Numbered from the stretch's first letter, positions 27,535 through 37,879 are shown. The stretch is DNA of 64,000 bases from Ignavibacteria bacterium UBA2333 (GCA_002344895.1 DDUR01000101.1:64623-128622); one strand, 5' to 3'. Numbers and translations: made by a program. Notes: generated by a model from the letters alone, not told the origin.

Positions 27535-28908
27535 ATGATTCGCCTCTTTCTCGCAGCAGCAATCGGTCTCCTCACCGCCTTTGACGTTTCGGCCCAAGGG
27601 GCATCATGGAGACTATTACGATCCCTCACGTCGTTTACTGTCCAGGTAAATCATGATGATCCATCACACATCATGTTTGGAAATCGGCGAGGAAGGGTCT
27701 ATATCTCACATGATGGAGGGAAGAGCTTTGCAAGAAATGACATTCAGACAGAGGTTGTAAATAACTCCGTTTCTTCCCTACTGTGGTCCACTGCAGATAC
27801 GTCAATCGTAATCGCCGGCGGTTTCCGACTCGATGGTATCCATCGGTCAACTGATGGTGGTCGTACCTGGGCGCGTGTCCTCAGCGATAACGCGAATCAG
27901 ATTATCTGGTTCATTAGTGAAGCGATCATTGAGAGTACAGAGGATCCATCCGTCCTATACGCAGCACGGGGAACCGTCGTTAACACGATATACAAGAGTA
28001 CCAACACCGGGTTAACGTGGGATAGTGTCGGAATCATCGACCGTGCCCTTACATCACGACTCTGTACGATTACGATGCGACCCGAATCAAACGGTGAGCT
28101 CTTTGTCGGTGCTTTAGGCGGTAGAATTTTCCGCAGCACAGATGATGGTGTTTCCTGGCAATCAATGTCCGTCATCGAAGAAGGTCGCGATACAATCCGC
28201 CCTGATAGTGAAATCCCCAAGATTGTCTTCCGTCGCGACCAACCGAATGTTGGTTATGCTGTCGTTGCAATCTCCAATGATCTCGCACGCGAAGGTAATG
28301 GTGGAGTGTTACGAACCACAGACGGTGGCTTGACGTGGTATCGTATGGCCTATGCCGATACAAGTCTTTGGGCTGTTGAGACGCGTCAGCGGATGGACAC
28401 GACGGACGTCTTTATTGGCGGATTTCGTATGTCATTTCAGGATCCATCCCTTCCCGGAGATAGTATCGTTGCCGTGAGTAAGGACAATGGGATCACCTGG
28501 ACGTCGATCTCGGATTCACTGAATTGGGGTATCAGCGATGACGCCAGTTCAGTAGCAAACTCATGGGTCTTACGATGGGATACGATTGGAAAAAAACTTT
28601 ACCTCGCCGCTGAAACGGGTCTCTTCGTTTACGACGAAGTACTTACCTCCGTCCGGGAAGGTCAGCCGTGGGGCCATGCCTCCCTATCCGTGATCACTCG
28701 TGATGGTTTTCTCGACGTACGCGATAGCATGCGCCCTGCATCAGTGCACTGGACAGTACACGATATGAAGGGGGCGCAATTTGCTACGGGCGTGGCGGAC
28801 GCATCTCACGATGTGAGTTTGCCCCTTTCACCCCTTACCAACGGTGTGTATCTGCTGACGTGGGAGACTGAGTCACTTATACGTTCAGCATTGTTTACCG
28901 TGAGGTAG
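27535..28908 (+). CDS. secreted BNR-repeat (Ycf48/sortilin-like beta-propeller) T9SS cargo protein
   Basis: Six or more S-x-D-x-G-x-T-W Asp-boxes; T9SS CTD (GVYLLTWETESLIRSALFTVR). Confidence 0.65.
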   Translation: MIRLFLAAAIGLLTAFDVSAQGASWRLLRSLTSFTVQVNHDDPSHIMFGNRRGRVYISHDGGKSFARNDIQTEVVNNSVSSLLWSTADTSIVIAGGFRLDGIHRSTDGGRTWARVLSDNANQIIWFISEAIIESTEDPSVLYAARGTVVNTIYKSTNTGLTWDSVGIIDRALTSRLCTITMRPESNGELFVGALGGRIFRSTDDGVSWQSMSVIEEGRDTIRPDSEIPKIVFRRDQPNVGYAVVAISNDLAREGNGGVLRTTDGGLTWYRMAYADTSLWAVETRQRMDTTDVFIGGFRMSFQDPSLPGDSIVAVSKDNGITWTSISDSLNWGISDDASSVANSWVLRWDTIGKKLYLAAETGLFVYDEVLTSVREGQPWGHASLSVITRDGFLDVRDSMRPASVHWTVHDMKGAQFATGVADASHDVSLPLSPLTNGVYLLTWETESLIRSALFTVR

Positions 28909-29898
28909 TTACTTGTCCTCTGCGACGACGGTATTCACAAGCTTTCCGAGCAGGTCAATCTCGCATTCTACCACGTCTCCAACATCAAGCCACCAGGCTG
29001 GATCGTAGACCTTTGAACCGTTGAGCTCGAGGAAACATCCGGTTCCACACGTACCTGACCCAATAACGTCACCGGGATAGAGCGTTACTCCATAACTCGC
29101 CCGCTCGATGATTTGTGCGAAGGTCCATGTCATATCCTTGACGTTCCCACGAGCAACACTCTTTCCGTTGATAACGGTTCGCATTTCCAGATCATACGTC
29201 TCCCCATTGGGAGTATCAATACGCCTGGTCGCGAGTTCATCGCGCGTTACGAGCCACGGACCTAGTGACGTTGCAAAGTCCTTCCCTTTCGCTGGCCCAA
29301 GATTCAGCTTCATTTCTTGCATCTGAAGTGTTCGCGCACTCCAGTCATTCATCACCATGTAACCGGCCACGTAGGAATCAGCTTCGTTTGCCGGAATATT
29401 TCTTCCCTTCTTACCGATGACTATGGCGCATTCAAGTTCAAAATCCAGTTTATCTCGATGTAATGGCAACACGGGAATATCACCTGGACCATATACAGCC
29501 TGGTGATTCGTAAAGTAAAAAATTGGAATTTCATCAAATTCAGGAATCATCTCCAAACCGCGATTCCTGCGAGCGGCTTCAACATGCTGGCGGAATGCAT
29601 AACCATCACGCATTGACGTGGGCCGAGGCACCGGGGAGATAAGCTGAACGTCCCCTGCTTCACATACAGACCGCTGTGCTGCAGTCGCGGAAAGCAGCCA
29701 CGACTCAGCTGCGTGTGCATCTGCCAAACCAATGTCTTCCAGCGCCAATAGATCAATCATCGTCGGTGGAAGCTCCGGAAGCGTACACAGACCGGCCTCG
29801 TGTGCGTACTGATGCGCCGTCACGAGGTCATAGACCGTGTTGTGTACAATGACTCCCGAACGAGAAACGATGCCGTTGGTGTAGGTGACGAGCTTCAT
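28909..29898 (-). CDS. fumarylacetoacetate hydrolase (FAH) family protein
   Basis: FAH-family motifs; start placed at MKLVTYTNG (ATG at 29898). Confidence 0.7.
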   Translation of the reverse strand: MKLVTYTNGIVSRSGVIVHNTVYDLVTAHQYAHEAGLCTLPELPPTMIDLLALEDIGLADAHAAESWLLSATAAQRSVCEAGDVQLISPVPRPTSMRDGYAFRQHVEAARRNRGLEMIPEFDEIPIFYFTNHQAVYGPGDIPVLPLHRDKLDFELECAIVIGKKGRNIPANEADSYVAGYMVMNDWSARTLQMQEMKLNLGPAKGKDFATSLGPWLVTRDELATRRIDTPNGETYDLEMRTVINGKSVARGNVKDMTWTFAQIIERASYGVTLYPGDVIGSGTCGTGCFLELNGSKVYDPAWWLDVGDVVECEIDLLGKLVNTVVAEDK

Positions 29899-29983
29899 AG
29901 TGGATCTGCTGTGGAGAATGAACGGCAAAAATACAAACGGAACAGCCCCATACTGTGTGCAGTACTCCCCTACTGCGGCATTG

Positions 29984-31306
29984 TCAAACTACCCCAGCGT
30001 GTTGGGTTCGCTGTGGCTGCTCGTAAAGACTGCGACAGAAGAAGAACATGGAGACTATTAGCAGAATGGTCGTAATGGTTCCGGATATGTCCGCCGGGAC
30101 GTCAAGCCCTAATCGTGATGTTACTTTCCACAGTAGTGTTCCGGGTGCAACTACAAAGGCGATTGTCATTGATATCAACGCGATCATCCTGTTCTTCGTT
30201 CGTATGAAAGGCTTCATGATCATCTGAGCGCAGATTGCGATAGTGGGAGCAGCAACATACATCAGGTGATATGTCCAGAAGTACGGCAACACAAGGAAAA
30301 ACGCCAGAGCAAGAATCATTATCTCTTCCATTGGCCGTGAACGTTCACGTCGCAATTGTATCCACAGGAGACACACACACACGCTTACACATAGCAGAAC
30401 ACCAACAACAGTGATCAACGCAGAATGTTCAAGTCCGAGTCGTGTGACCATGCCGACGAACGATAGATTGTAACCATCGTACAGAGGAATACCCATATCC
30501 TCAACAGCCGTTGATGTGTGTCGTAGAACGGAGGCAAAGAACTGATGCCACGGCTCGATTCCGAACAGCATGATGGATAAAATGATACTGCTACAACCCG
30601 TTACTGACATCCAACCTAACGTTTTCCACGACCTTCGAATCAGCAGCCAGATCACGAGAAACAGAGCCGCATGTTTTATCACGAGTACTGAGCCAATAAG
30701 AATACCTGCGGCCGTATGCCGACCTTGTAGAACGAGGATAATTGCAATGGTAAGAAGGGGAAGAAGAAGGGGCTCAAGCTGGCCGTTCAACATCAGATAC
30801 GATAACGGCAGAACACATGCTGCACCCAAAAGTAGAAAGGGCTGCCACCGCCGAAACAGTTGCATTTCTTCGATTATTGGATGTTCTTGTTGGTATCCTC
30901 GTGCTTGACGAATGAGCACACCGGACATCTTGACCGTATATACGAGCCAAAGTGATAAAAGCACAGCGCTAACAACCGTCCACACATCCTGCAAATCCCA
31001 ATACGAATGAATCGATACAAGACTGAGAATCTGAGCAAGTACAGGAGTATAGACGTATGGATAGGCCTTCATCGACGAATCGGGCAGGTGCCGTTGAATG
31101 TTTGCTACATCATACGGATTCTCACCTGCCCGAATGGCTGACGATGCAGCAACAAAGGTCGGAAGGTCGTCGAGCGGTTCGGGATGCCCCATCGTCACCG
31201 ATGTGGAGAGTCGCGAACTACACAGAAATAGTAACAAGACGATCAACGGCAACGCACCGAGGATCACACGCCAATCTATCCTCGTTGTGCGCACCGCGTT
31301 GTTCAA
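29984..31306 (-). CDS. polytopic membrane protein, possible GT-C-type glycosyltransferase (DUF2029-like)
   Basis: Ten or more TM helices; placed directly downstream of a GT2 gene. Confidence 0.45.
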   Translation of the reverse strand: MNNAVRTTRIDWRVILGALPLIVLLLFLCSSRLSTSVTMGHPEPLDDLPTFVAASSAIRAGENPYDVANIQRHLPDSSMKAYPYVYTPVLAQILSLVSIHSYWDLQDVWTVVSAVLLSLWLVYTVKMSGVLIRQARGYQQEHPIIEEMQLFRRWQPFLLLGAACVLPLSYLMLNGQLEPLLLPLLTIAIILVLQGRHTAAGILIGSVLVIKHAALFLVIWLLIRRSWKTLGWMSVTGCSSIILSIMLFGIEPWHQFFASVLRHTSTAVEDMGIPLYDGYNLSFVGMVTRLGLEHSALITVVGVLLCVSVCVCLLWIQLRRERSRPMEEIMILALAFFLVLPYFWTYHLMYVAAPTIAICAQMIMKPFIRTKNRMIALISMTIAFVVAPGTLLWKVTSRLGLDVPADISGTITTILLIVSMFFFCRSLYEQPQRTQHAGVV

Positions 31307-31312
31307 ATGAAG

Positions 31313-32773
31313 TTATCGGCCAAGCGCATGTCGTAACGACATTACACCGATGGTTCCAAAACCGAACAAGAACATCAGCTGAAATGGAATTGCAGCAAGT
31401 TCCAGATAGTTGATTGATGTAGCGATGCCAAAGACAAAATATGCGGCGAGCGCAATCTCAATGACTACGATCCAACCAACCTTTTTCTGGACGTACTTCT
31501 TCTTCTTCCACTCATCAGAACCTTGTTCGATGCGGTACTTCGGAGTACGCTTGAATTCAGTCTTCTTACCAATGAGCGCTTCGAGTACGGCGCGTGTATT
31601 ATTTACTGCAAGTCCCATGGAGCCAGCCATAAAGACTGGGAACAGCAGCAATCGACGTCGCCAGTCAAGATGTATAGCTCGTTGCGCATACATATAGAAC
31701 AGGAACGTTGAAATACTTGCGAGAACGAAGATCGACATCAGACTGAAGAAGGCATCGTACCCAGCAACTTTATTCTTGATGATAACGAGTGGCACATTCA
31801 GGAAGGCAACGAGCATGATAAACGGGAAAACGATGTTGCTCGTAAGGTGAACCGTGCACTCCAATTTGTGTTTAATGGAGAGATCACTCTTCCATACAGA
31901 TGGCAACAACTTCTTCGCCGTTTCAACAGCACCCTTTGTCCACCGGAACTGCTGCGTTTTTAACGAGTTGATATCTGCCGGCAATTCTGCTGGAGATGTG
32001 ACATCGTTCAAAAACACAAAGCGCCAGCCGCGAAGTTGAGCGCGGTAGGAAAGGTCAAGATCTTCAGCCAACGTATCGCTGTGCCAATTACCGGCATCTT
32101 CGATTGTCGACTTTCTCCAAACGCCTGCTGTACCATTAAAGTTGATAAAGAAACCAGCTTTATGGCGGATTTGCTGTTCAATGACAAAGTGGCCATCAAG
32201 GGCAAGGGCCTGGGCACGTGTCAGGAAGGAATACTCTTCGTTAAGATGCTCCCAACGAGTTTGCACCATACCGACCTTCTCATCAACAAAGTATGGTATG
32301 GTCTTTTTCAGGAAGTCGGGTTTGGGGACAAAGTCTGCATCAAAAATGGCAACATACTCGCCACGAGCAACAGCCAAACCTTCCTTCAGAGCTCCCGCCT
32401 TGTAACCTTGGCGATTTGTCCGATGGATGTGTTTAATGTCGAATCCCTGTGCCGAATACTGTGCAGCAAGTCGGCGCGACAGGTCGACCGTCTCATCTGT
32501 TGAATCATCAAGAAGTTGAATTTCCAGTTTATCCTTCGGATAGTCCATAGCGCAAACGGCCTGGACCAGACGATCAACAACGTAGAGCTCGTTATAGAAC
32601 GGCAGCTGAACAGTGACAACCGGGACATCACCGAGTGAGGCTGACGGCTTGTGGTCGATCTTCTGCGTCTTGTGATAGTAGTAAATCATCACAAGGCCGT
32701 GAAGGCCGAACGCGAACAACACGCACAGCGAGCCGAAGTACGTGATTAACAGCGCGTCTTCCATGGGGTACAA
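31313..32773 (-). CDS. processive family-2 glycosyltransferase (cellulose-synthase/NodC-like) with C-terminal TM domain
   Basis: DxD and acceptor motifs (LLDDSTDET, IFDADFVP, QQFRWTKG). Confidence 0.8.
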   Translation of the reverse strand: MYPMEDALLITYFGSLCVLFAFGLHGLVMIYYYHKTQKIDHKPSASLGDVPVVTVQLPFYNELYVVDRLVQAVCAMDYPKDKLEIQLLDDSTDETVDLSRRLAAQYSAQGFDIKHIHRTNRQGYKAGALKEGLAVARGEYVAIFDADFVPKPDFLKKTIPYFVDEKVGMVQTRWEHLNEEYSFLTRAQALALDGHFVIEQQIRHKAGFFINFNGTAGVWRKSTIEDAGNWHSDTLAEDLDLSYRAQLRGWRFVFLNDVTSPAELPADINSLKTQQFRWTKGAVETAKKLLPSVWKSDLSIKHKLECTVHLTSNIVFPFIMLVAFLNVPLVIIKNKVAGYDAFFSLMSIFVLASISTFLFYMYAQRAIHLDWRRRLLLFPVFMAGSMGLAVNNTRAVLEALIGKKTEFKRTPKYRIEQGSDEWKKKKYVQKKVGWIVVIEIALAAYFVFGIATSINYLELAAIPFQLMFLFGFGTIGVMSLRHALGR

Positions 32774-32802
32774 TGTCTCCGAATGGGAACAGGTGAGTTA
32801 CG

Positions 32803-33306
32803 TTACCAGTCCGAGACGACGGCGAGAAGAATGTCATCAGCGATGCGTTCAATGGCTTTCCGGGCAGCTTGTGCGCGCTCTTCGGTGGCATTTGAGGCGT
32901 CGTAAACATCAAAGTTTTCGAACGACCGTTTCCACACGGTTCGGTTTTTGACGGCGTCGAAGTATTCGACCTCCATCGTCACCGAGAGTTTGCGCTGTCC
33001 CTCAAGGTCCGCCCCTTGCACGTTCATGATCTGATCCTGAACACGAAGGATTGTCCCATTTAACCTCGCATCGCCATCATCATCGACAACCTGAAGACTA
33101 TTGTCGCTACGGAATCTCCGCACGAGTGTCTCTGTTGCCGTTTCTCGAAAGGTGGGGTCGCCGTAACCACTGTTATCCAGAACCGAGGATATGGATACTG
33201 TCCGGAGATGTTCCGGTACACTTCCACCACGGAACGAATAGCAGGCGGTTGCTGCTACCGCCAACACCATCGTCAGGGCGATACGCAAAGATTGATGAAG
33301 GACCAT
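32803..33306 (-). CDS. LptE-like outer-membrane lipoprotein (tentative)
   Basis: Signal + TACYSFRGG..V..SG.GDP pattern resembling LptE N-terminus; ORF track allows start up to 33375. Confidence 0.4.
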   Translation of the reverse strand: MVLHQSLRIALTMVLAVAATACYSFRGGSVPEHLRTVSISSVLDNSGYGDPTFRETATETLVRRFRSDNSLQVVDDDGDARLNGTILRVQDQIMNVQGADLEGQRKLSVTMEVEYFDAVKNRTVWKRSFENFDVYDASNATEERAQAARKAIERIADDILLAVVSDW

Positions 33307-33378
33307 GCGACCACAATGAAGATGAAATGAATTCTCGTTCATGGATTTTTTCGTGTCGGAAGGAAGAGCGGCCACATC

Positions 33379-34053
33379 TTACACTGAAACGGTGAGGAAC
33401 GGGTTGGAACGCCGCTCGCGGCCAATTGTGGTGACAGGTCCATGACCGGGATAACACACAACGTCATCGGTCAGTGTGAACAACTTTATGCGAATTGATT
33501 CAATCAGCTCGTCGTAATCACCACCTGGTAGATCAGTTCTTCCGATACTTCCCGAAAACAACGTGTCTCCTACGTAGGCTCGTTGATGCGTTTCGTCGAT
33601 GATACAAACACCTCCCTCAGTATGTCCAGGAGTATGGAGAACGGTTAGGGGGCCAAAGGGGCTTTGTAGAGATGTTGATCCGTGGTACTCTCGAATGTCG
33701 TACGTCGTATACGTATCCACTGCCGGAATGACAAACGGAAGAGGCCAGATTGTATGTTCCATGGGATTGGTCAGGCGATACGTATCGGCCTCATGCACCC
33801 ACACGTTTGACTTCCATCGTTCCTGCAACGAATAGCAGTCACCGATGTGGTCCCAATGTGTGTGGGTCAGGTAGATGTCAGATAACGAGGAACCATGCTG
33901 AACCAGTGCTGTGTTCACAACTTCGGCACAGCCTGGGGGAGCGTCAATGAGGACTGCTGTTTTTACCGACGTGCCGAGCAGCAGGAAGCTGTTCGTTTCG
34001 ACGGGTCCAGATGTAAACATGAGGATTTCGTACATGCGTCGAAAATACGCCAT
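33379..34053 (-). CDS. metallo-beta-lactamase fold hydrolase (hydroxyacylglutathione hydrolase-like)
   Basis: THTHWDHIGD zinc-binding motif. Confidence 0.8.
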   Translation of the reverse strand: MAYFRRMYEILMFTSGPVETNSFLLLGTSVKTAVLIDAPPGCAEVVNTALVQHGSSLSDIYLTHTHWDHIGDCYSLQERWKSNVWVHEADTYRLTNPMEHTIWPLPFVIPAVDTYTTYDIREYHGSTSLQSPFGPLTVLHTPGHTEGGVCIIDETHQRAYVGDTLFSGSIGRTDLPGGDYDELIESIRIKLFTLTDDVVCYPGHGPVTTIGRERRSNPFLTVSV

Positions 34054-34123
34054 GTCATGGGGCTACCGACGGTAGAAACGACACGTTGTGTACACGTCTT
34101 CACCCTTTTCCCTAACTTCGCGC

Positions 34124-34480
34124 ATGCTTCATACCTACGTTCCCTTCATGGTGATGATTCTGATCGGAATCATCTTCGGAGCCAGTAATATTCTGCTGGC
34201 CGAATTCCTCGGACCCAAGAAGTCAACCCGAGCGAAGCTCTCCACGTACGAGTCGGGCATGGAGCCCGTCAAGAGTGCTCGTGAGCGCTTCTCCGTGAAG
34301 TTCTACCTCGTGGCGATGATGTTTATCCTCTTCGACATTGAAATCATTTTCATGTATCCCTGGGCCGTACAGTTCAAGGAACTTGGTATGTACGGTTTTA
34401 CGGCCATGATTCTGTTCATGATTCTGCTCTTCAGCGGATACATCTACGTGATCAAGAAAGGTGCCCTGCGATGGGACTAA
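34124..34480 (+). CDS. nuoA: NADH-quinone oxidoreductase subunit A
   Basis: ND3-like sequence (start MLHTYVPF), immediately followed by nuoB. Confidence 0.85.
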   Translation: MLHTYVPFMVMILIGIIFGASNILLAEFLGPKKSTRAKLSTYESGMEPVKSARERFSVKFYLVAMMFILFDIEIIFMYPWAVQFKELGMYGFTAMILFMILLFSGYIYVIKKGALRWD

Positions 34481-35004
34481 ACGAACAACTGCAGCGCGAC
34501 GGATTTGTCACAACAACCGTCGAATCCGTTATCACATGGGCACAGAAAAATTCTCTGTGGCCGATGCCAATGGGTATCTCATGCTGCGGAATTGAAATGA
34601 TGGCCTTCGGAGGTCCACGTTCCGACTCCGCTCGATTTGGTTCGGAACGATTTTCGTTTTCACCTCGCCAGGCTGACTTGATGATCGTTGCTGGGACAGT
34701 GACGTACAAGATGGCTTGGGTTGTGAAAAAGTTGTGGGACCAAATGCCGGAACCAAAGTGGTGTATCGCCATGGGCGTCTGCACGTCAACGGGTGGTATG
34801 TTCCGTTCATATCCTGTCGTACAGGGTATTGACCAGTTCCTGCCGGTAGACGCATATGTATCCGGATGTCCTCCACGTCCGGAAGCACTCATGAAGTCTC
34901 TGCTCTATATCCAAGAAAAAGTTGCTGCCAGTAAGCCGCAATTGATCAATCTCGGCAAGGATGCCGGTGATGTTCGGCGCAGTGACCTGATTGTGACTCC
35001 GTAA
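34471..35004 (+). CDS. nuoB: NADH-quinone oxidoreductase subunit B
   Basis: CCGIEMM and CPPRPE Fe-S ligand motifs. Confidence 0.9.
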   Translation: MGLNEQLQRDGFVTTTVESVITWAQKNSLWPMPMGISCCGIEMMAFGGPRSDSARFGSERFSFSPRQADLMIVAGTVTYKMAWVVKKLWDQMPEPKWCIAMGVCTSTGGMFRSYPVVQGIDQFLPVDAYVSGCPPRPEALMKSLLYIQEKVAASKPQLINLGKDAGDVRRSDLIVTP

Positions 35005-35008
35005 GACG

Positions 35009-36244
35009 ATGGCGGGCCCTTTGCGCCGTCGACGTATTGCCGGTGTAATGACTGGCACATCCCTTGACGGAATCGACGTAGCCATTTGCGAGGTCGACGA
35101 CACGAGCGTCGACCTCGTCGCATTTTCGACGATACCCTATCCGGATGACGTTATTGAACGTATTCGGCGTCTCCTCAACACGGGAACGGCGTCACTACGT
35201 GACGTCTCCTCGCTTGAGTTTGATCTCGCTCGGGCATATGCCTCTGCTTTACGCTCCGTCGTTGACCCAACAACGCTTGATGCCGTTGGTGTCCACGGTC
35301 AGACCATGTGGCATGAACCACCTCTCTCCACGTGGCAGGCAGGAAATGTTTCTGTCCTTGCCACCCTGCTCGAGACCACCGTTGTTGGTGATATGCGTAC
35401 TGCTGACGTAGCAGATGGTGGTCAAGGTGCTCCGCTTGTGCCAATGTTTGATGAAGTAATGTTCCGGCGCGAGAACGAGACCACCATTTGTTTGAACATT
35501 GGCGGTATGGCGAATATGACGATACTGCCGCCTCGTCGTTCACCGGGTGAGTCTCATTCACCGGGTGAGTCTCATTCACCAGGTGAGTTTCATTCACCGG
35601 GTGAGTCTCAGTCACCGGGTGAGTCTCAGTCACCGGGTGAGTCTCATTCACCGGGTGAGTCTCATTCACCGGGTGATATTGTTGCCTTTGATTGTGGACC
35701 TGGCAACGTTCTCATCAACGCCGCAGTACGATTAACGTTCGGCAAGTCGTTCGACAATGGCGGAGCGATTGCCGAGGCTGGACGCCCCATTCGCGCCTTA
35801 CTTGACGAAATACTCGCTCATCCATGGTTGGCACTCGATCCACCGAAGAGTACAGGCCGTGAGGTATTTAACGATGAACTCGCTGCCTTCTACGTCAAGA
35901 AGTACGCCCATCCATCAATGCCATCTGAGGATGTGGTGAGAACCATTACAGAGGCATCGGCACTCATCATCGCAGATCATGTTCGTCGATATGCATCATC
36001 AGCACAACGTATCATTGTGAGTGGTGGAGGTGTCCATAATTCCGTGATCATGTCTGTATTGGCCTCTACACTTCCTGCTGTTGACATCATAAAAAGTGAT
36101 GATGTCGGTATTCCGAGTGACGCCAAGGAAGCGATGTGCTGGGCGTGGCTCGCAGATCGAACGTTACGAGGGTTGCCATCAAACATACCTTCCGTAACAG
36201 GTGCGCGTCGCCCACATGTTCTTGGTGTTGTAGCTCGACCATGA
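35009..36244 (+). CDS. anmK: anhydro-N-acetylmuramic acid kinase with in-frame (SPGESH)n repeat insertion
   Basis: AnmK-like N-terminus and NIGGMANM...FDCGPGN core; 18-bp tandem repeat in a predicted loop. Confidence 0.8.
   Translation: MAGPLRRRRIAGVMTGTSLDGIDVAICEVDDTSVDLVAFSTIPYPDDVIERIRRLLNTGTASLRDVSSLEFDLARAYASALRSVVDPTTLDAVGVHGQTMWHEPPLSTWQAGNVSVLATLLETTVVGDMRTADVADGGQGAPLVPMFDEVMFRRENETTICLNIGGMANMTILPPRRSPGESHSPGESHSPGEFHSPGESQSPGESQSPGESHSPGESHSPGDIVAFDCGPGNVLINAAVRLTFGKSFDNGGAIAEAGRPIRALLDEILAHPWLALDPPKSTGREVFNDELAAFYVKKYAHPSMPSEDVVRTITEASALIIADHVRRYASSAQRIIVSGGGVHNSVIMSVLASTLPAVDIIKSDDVGIPSDAKEAMCWAWLADRTLRGLPSNIPSVTGARRPHVLGVVARP
35540..35677 (+). repeat. 18-bp tandem repeat tcaccgggtgagtctcat x ~7.7, in-frame in anmK, encoding SPGESH units; member of the CCCGGTGA repeat family
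   Basis: Read directly. Confidence 0.9.
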
Positions 36245-37842
36245 TGTCAACGTCAATGCGATTGCTGGTAGCAATTGTCACGGTCCTGGTGCTCGTCTTC
36301 GTTCGGATGATTGTGGTTGGTGAATCTGTTTGGGGAGGCATCGACGATGCAGCCATCACCTATACGTATGCCCACAACATCGTGCAGGGGTATGGTTATG
36401 TGCACTATCCAGGTGGCCCTTGGGTTGAAGGCTCAACATCGCCGCTGTGGTTGTGTCTTACCATCGTTGCCACGGCCGTAGCCGGCTCGTCCGTACATGT
36501 TGTGATGATGGTGTTCTCCTGCGTTCTTCTTATCTGTACGATGTTGTTGATGATGTCAATGATGGAGCGACTCGGCGTTTCATCGTTAACGTCCGTTGTT
36601 ATGTCATGTTCGTATGCGACCCTTCCATACGTTGTCGACTGGACGGTCCTCTCCGGCCTAGAAACGGGACTTTGGGTATTTACAATCCTTCGATGTATTG
36701 ACGTGTTCACGAAACCAACGTCTGTGGCCGTACGGAGCATTTGGCTTGCAGTGCTCATCACAACCAGGCCCGAAGGCATGATGATATCATTCATCTTGAT
36801 CGCAGTTGACTGGTATCACCACCGTCAACATCGAACGTCGCTGAAGGTTCTGATCGTATCTGCACTGTTGCTTATGACAATGATTGGAATCAGACTTTCC
36901 ATGTTTGGCGTCCCATTGCCGAACACGTTTTACGCAAAGGTCAGTTTGTCTCCAATCGAAAATGTGGTGGCTGGACTAGAGTACATCGCACGCGCAATAT
37001 TTCAGACGTCGATACTCCCATGGCTTCTCGGTGGATTTGCAATCCTTCGGTACTATTCGGCGATACCAAAATTGTATTGGATCATAGCCATTCTTGTTGT
37101 CGCGATCGCTGTTGCTGCAGGGGGTGATCACTTTCCGGGTGGACGCTTTCTGCTGCCGACAGTAGCCGTTCTCTGGATTCAGACTGGTCGTGTTGTGGAC
37201 GCTTTACCACTCCGAGCTCGTACGGCATTCCTCGTCTTCGTTGTACTCATGATTCAGATTCCTCTGCGAATCTTTGTCGACCACTCGACAGACCGACAGC
37301 TCCAAGTATTCCGAAGCGGTCTCACCTCGGAATTTGTCATCGCCGAGGGCGGACGCCAGGATGTGCGGCGTTTGATGAAGGTTCTGGGCGACTCGCCGAG
37401 GCCAACCCTCGCACTGATTGCCGCAGGGGGACGGGGGCAAGTGTATGATGGGCCCACATTTGACCTCTTAGGCCTCAACGATCCTGAAATGGCGCGTTCT
37501 GTCCGCGTCAAAAATGCCGTCAAAAAGAACCACGGTTCCTTCATAACGGAGGTGTTTTACCGCCGTCTACCCGACATTATGTACGTCTTACCACCTCTCG
37601 AAGGTCACGAACAGCGTACTTGGCAACGGGCCGTATGTGACAGTTCTCAGAGTTTTGACAACGAGATTCTGCAAGGGCTACTCGTGTCTACGCGGTTCCG
37701 CTCTCTCTACGCCATGGCAGCCCTTGTACGAGGAAACGATTCCGTCACAGCAGTTGTTCGGCGAGACATCTCACGGCTGCTACCCGAATCAATTACCGTA
37801 CGATTTGTCGACTCGACCGGCTGGTTTCCTGTTTCCCCGTAA
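36241..37842 (+). CDS. polytopic membrane protein (possible GT-C-like glycosyltransferase), start overlapping anmK stop (ATGA)
   Basis: MMSTSMRLLVAIV start at 36241; 12 or more TM helices. Confidence 0.5.
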   Translation: MMSTSMRLLVAIVTVLVLVFVRMIVVGESVWGGIDDAAITYTYAHNIVQGYGYVHYPGGPWVEGSTSPLWLCLTIVATAVAGSSVHVVMMVFSCVLLICTMLLMMSMMERLGVSSLTSVVMSCSYATLPYVVDWTVLSGLETGLWVFTILRCIDVFTKPTSVAVRSIWLAVLITTRPEGMMISFILIAVDWYHHRQHRTSLKVLIVSALLLMTMIGIRLSMFGVPLPNTFYAKVSLSPIENVVAGLEYIARAIFQTSILPWLLGGFAILRYYSAIPKLYWIIAILVVAIAVAAGGDHFPGGRFLLPTVAVLWIQTGRVVDALPLRARTAFLVFVVLMIQIPLRIFVDHSTDRQLQVFRSGLTSEFVIAEGGRQDVRRLMKVLGDSPRPTLALIAAGGRGQVYDGPTFDLLGLNDPEMARSVRVKNAVKKNHGSFITEVFYRRLPDIMYVLPPLEGHEQRTWQRAVCDSSQSFDNEILQGLLVSTRFRSLYAMAALVRGNDSVTAVVRRDISRLLPESITVRFVDSTGWFPVSP

Positions 37843-37879
37843 CTTTGCAGTTCACTTTCCACACCAACTCCGCAGTCCG

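Noticed and set aside
35175-35669. Minus-strand ORF translating as (NETHPV)n and plus-strand ORF 35547-35735 (VSLIHR)n
   Set aside because: These are alternative-frame or antisense readings of the 18-bp tandem repeat inside the well-supported anmK reading frame.
37637-37879. 5' extensions proposed by the ORF track for the acyl-CoA dehydrogenase, and likewise for atpD (46494-46661), atpC (48031-48069), the CoA-transferase (55339-55593) and the FAD oxidoreductase (49531-49617)
   Set aside because: The extensions lack homology to the respective families. Conserved N-termini begin at internal Met codons and the extensions overlap upstream genes.
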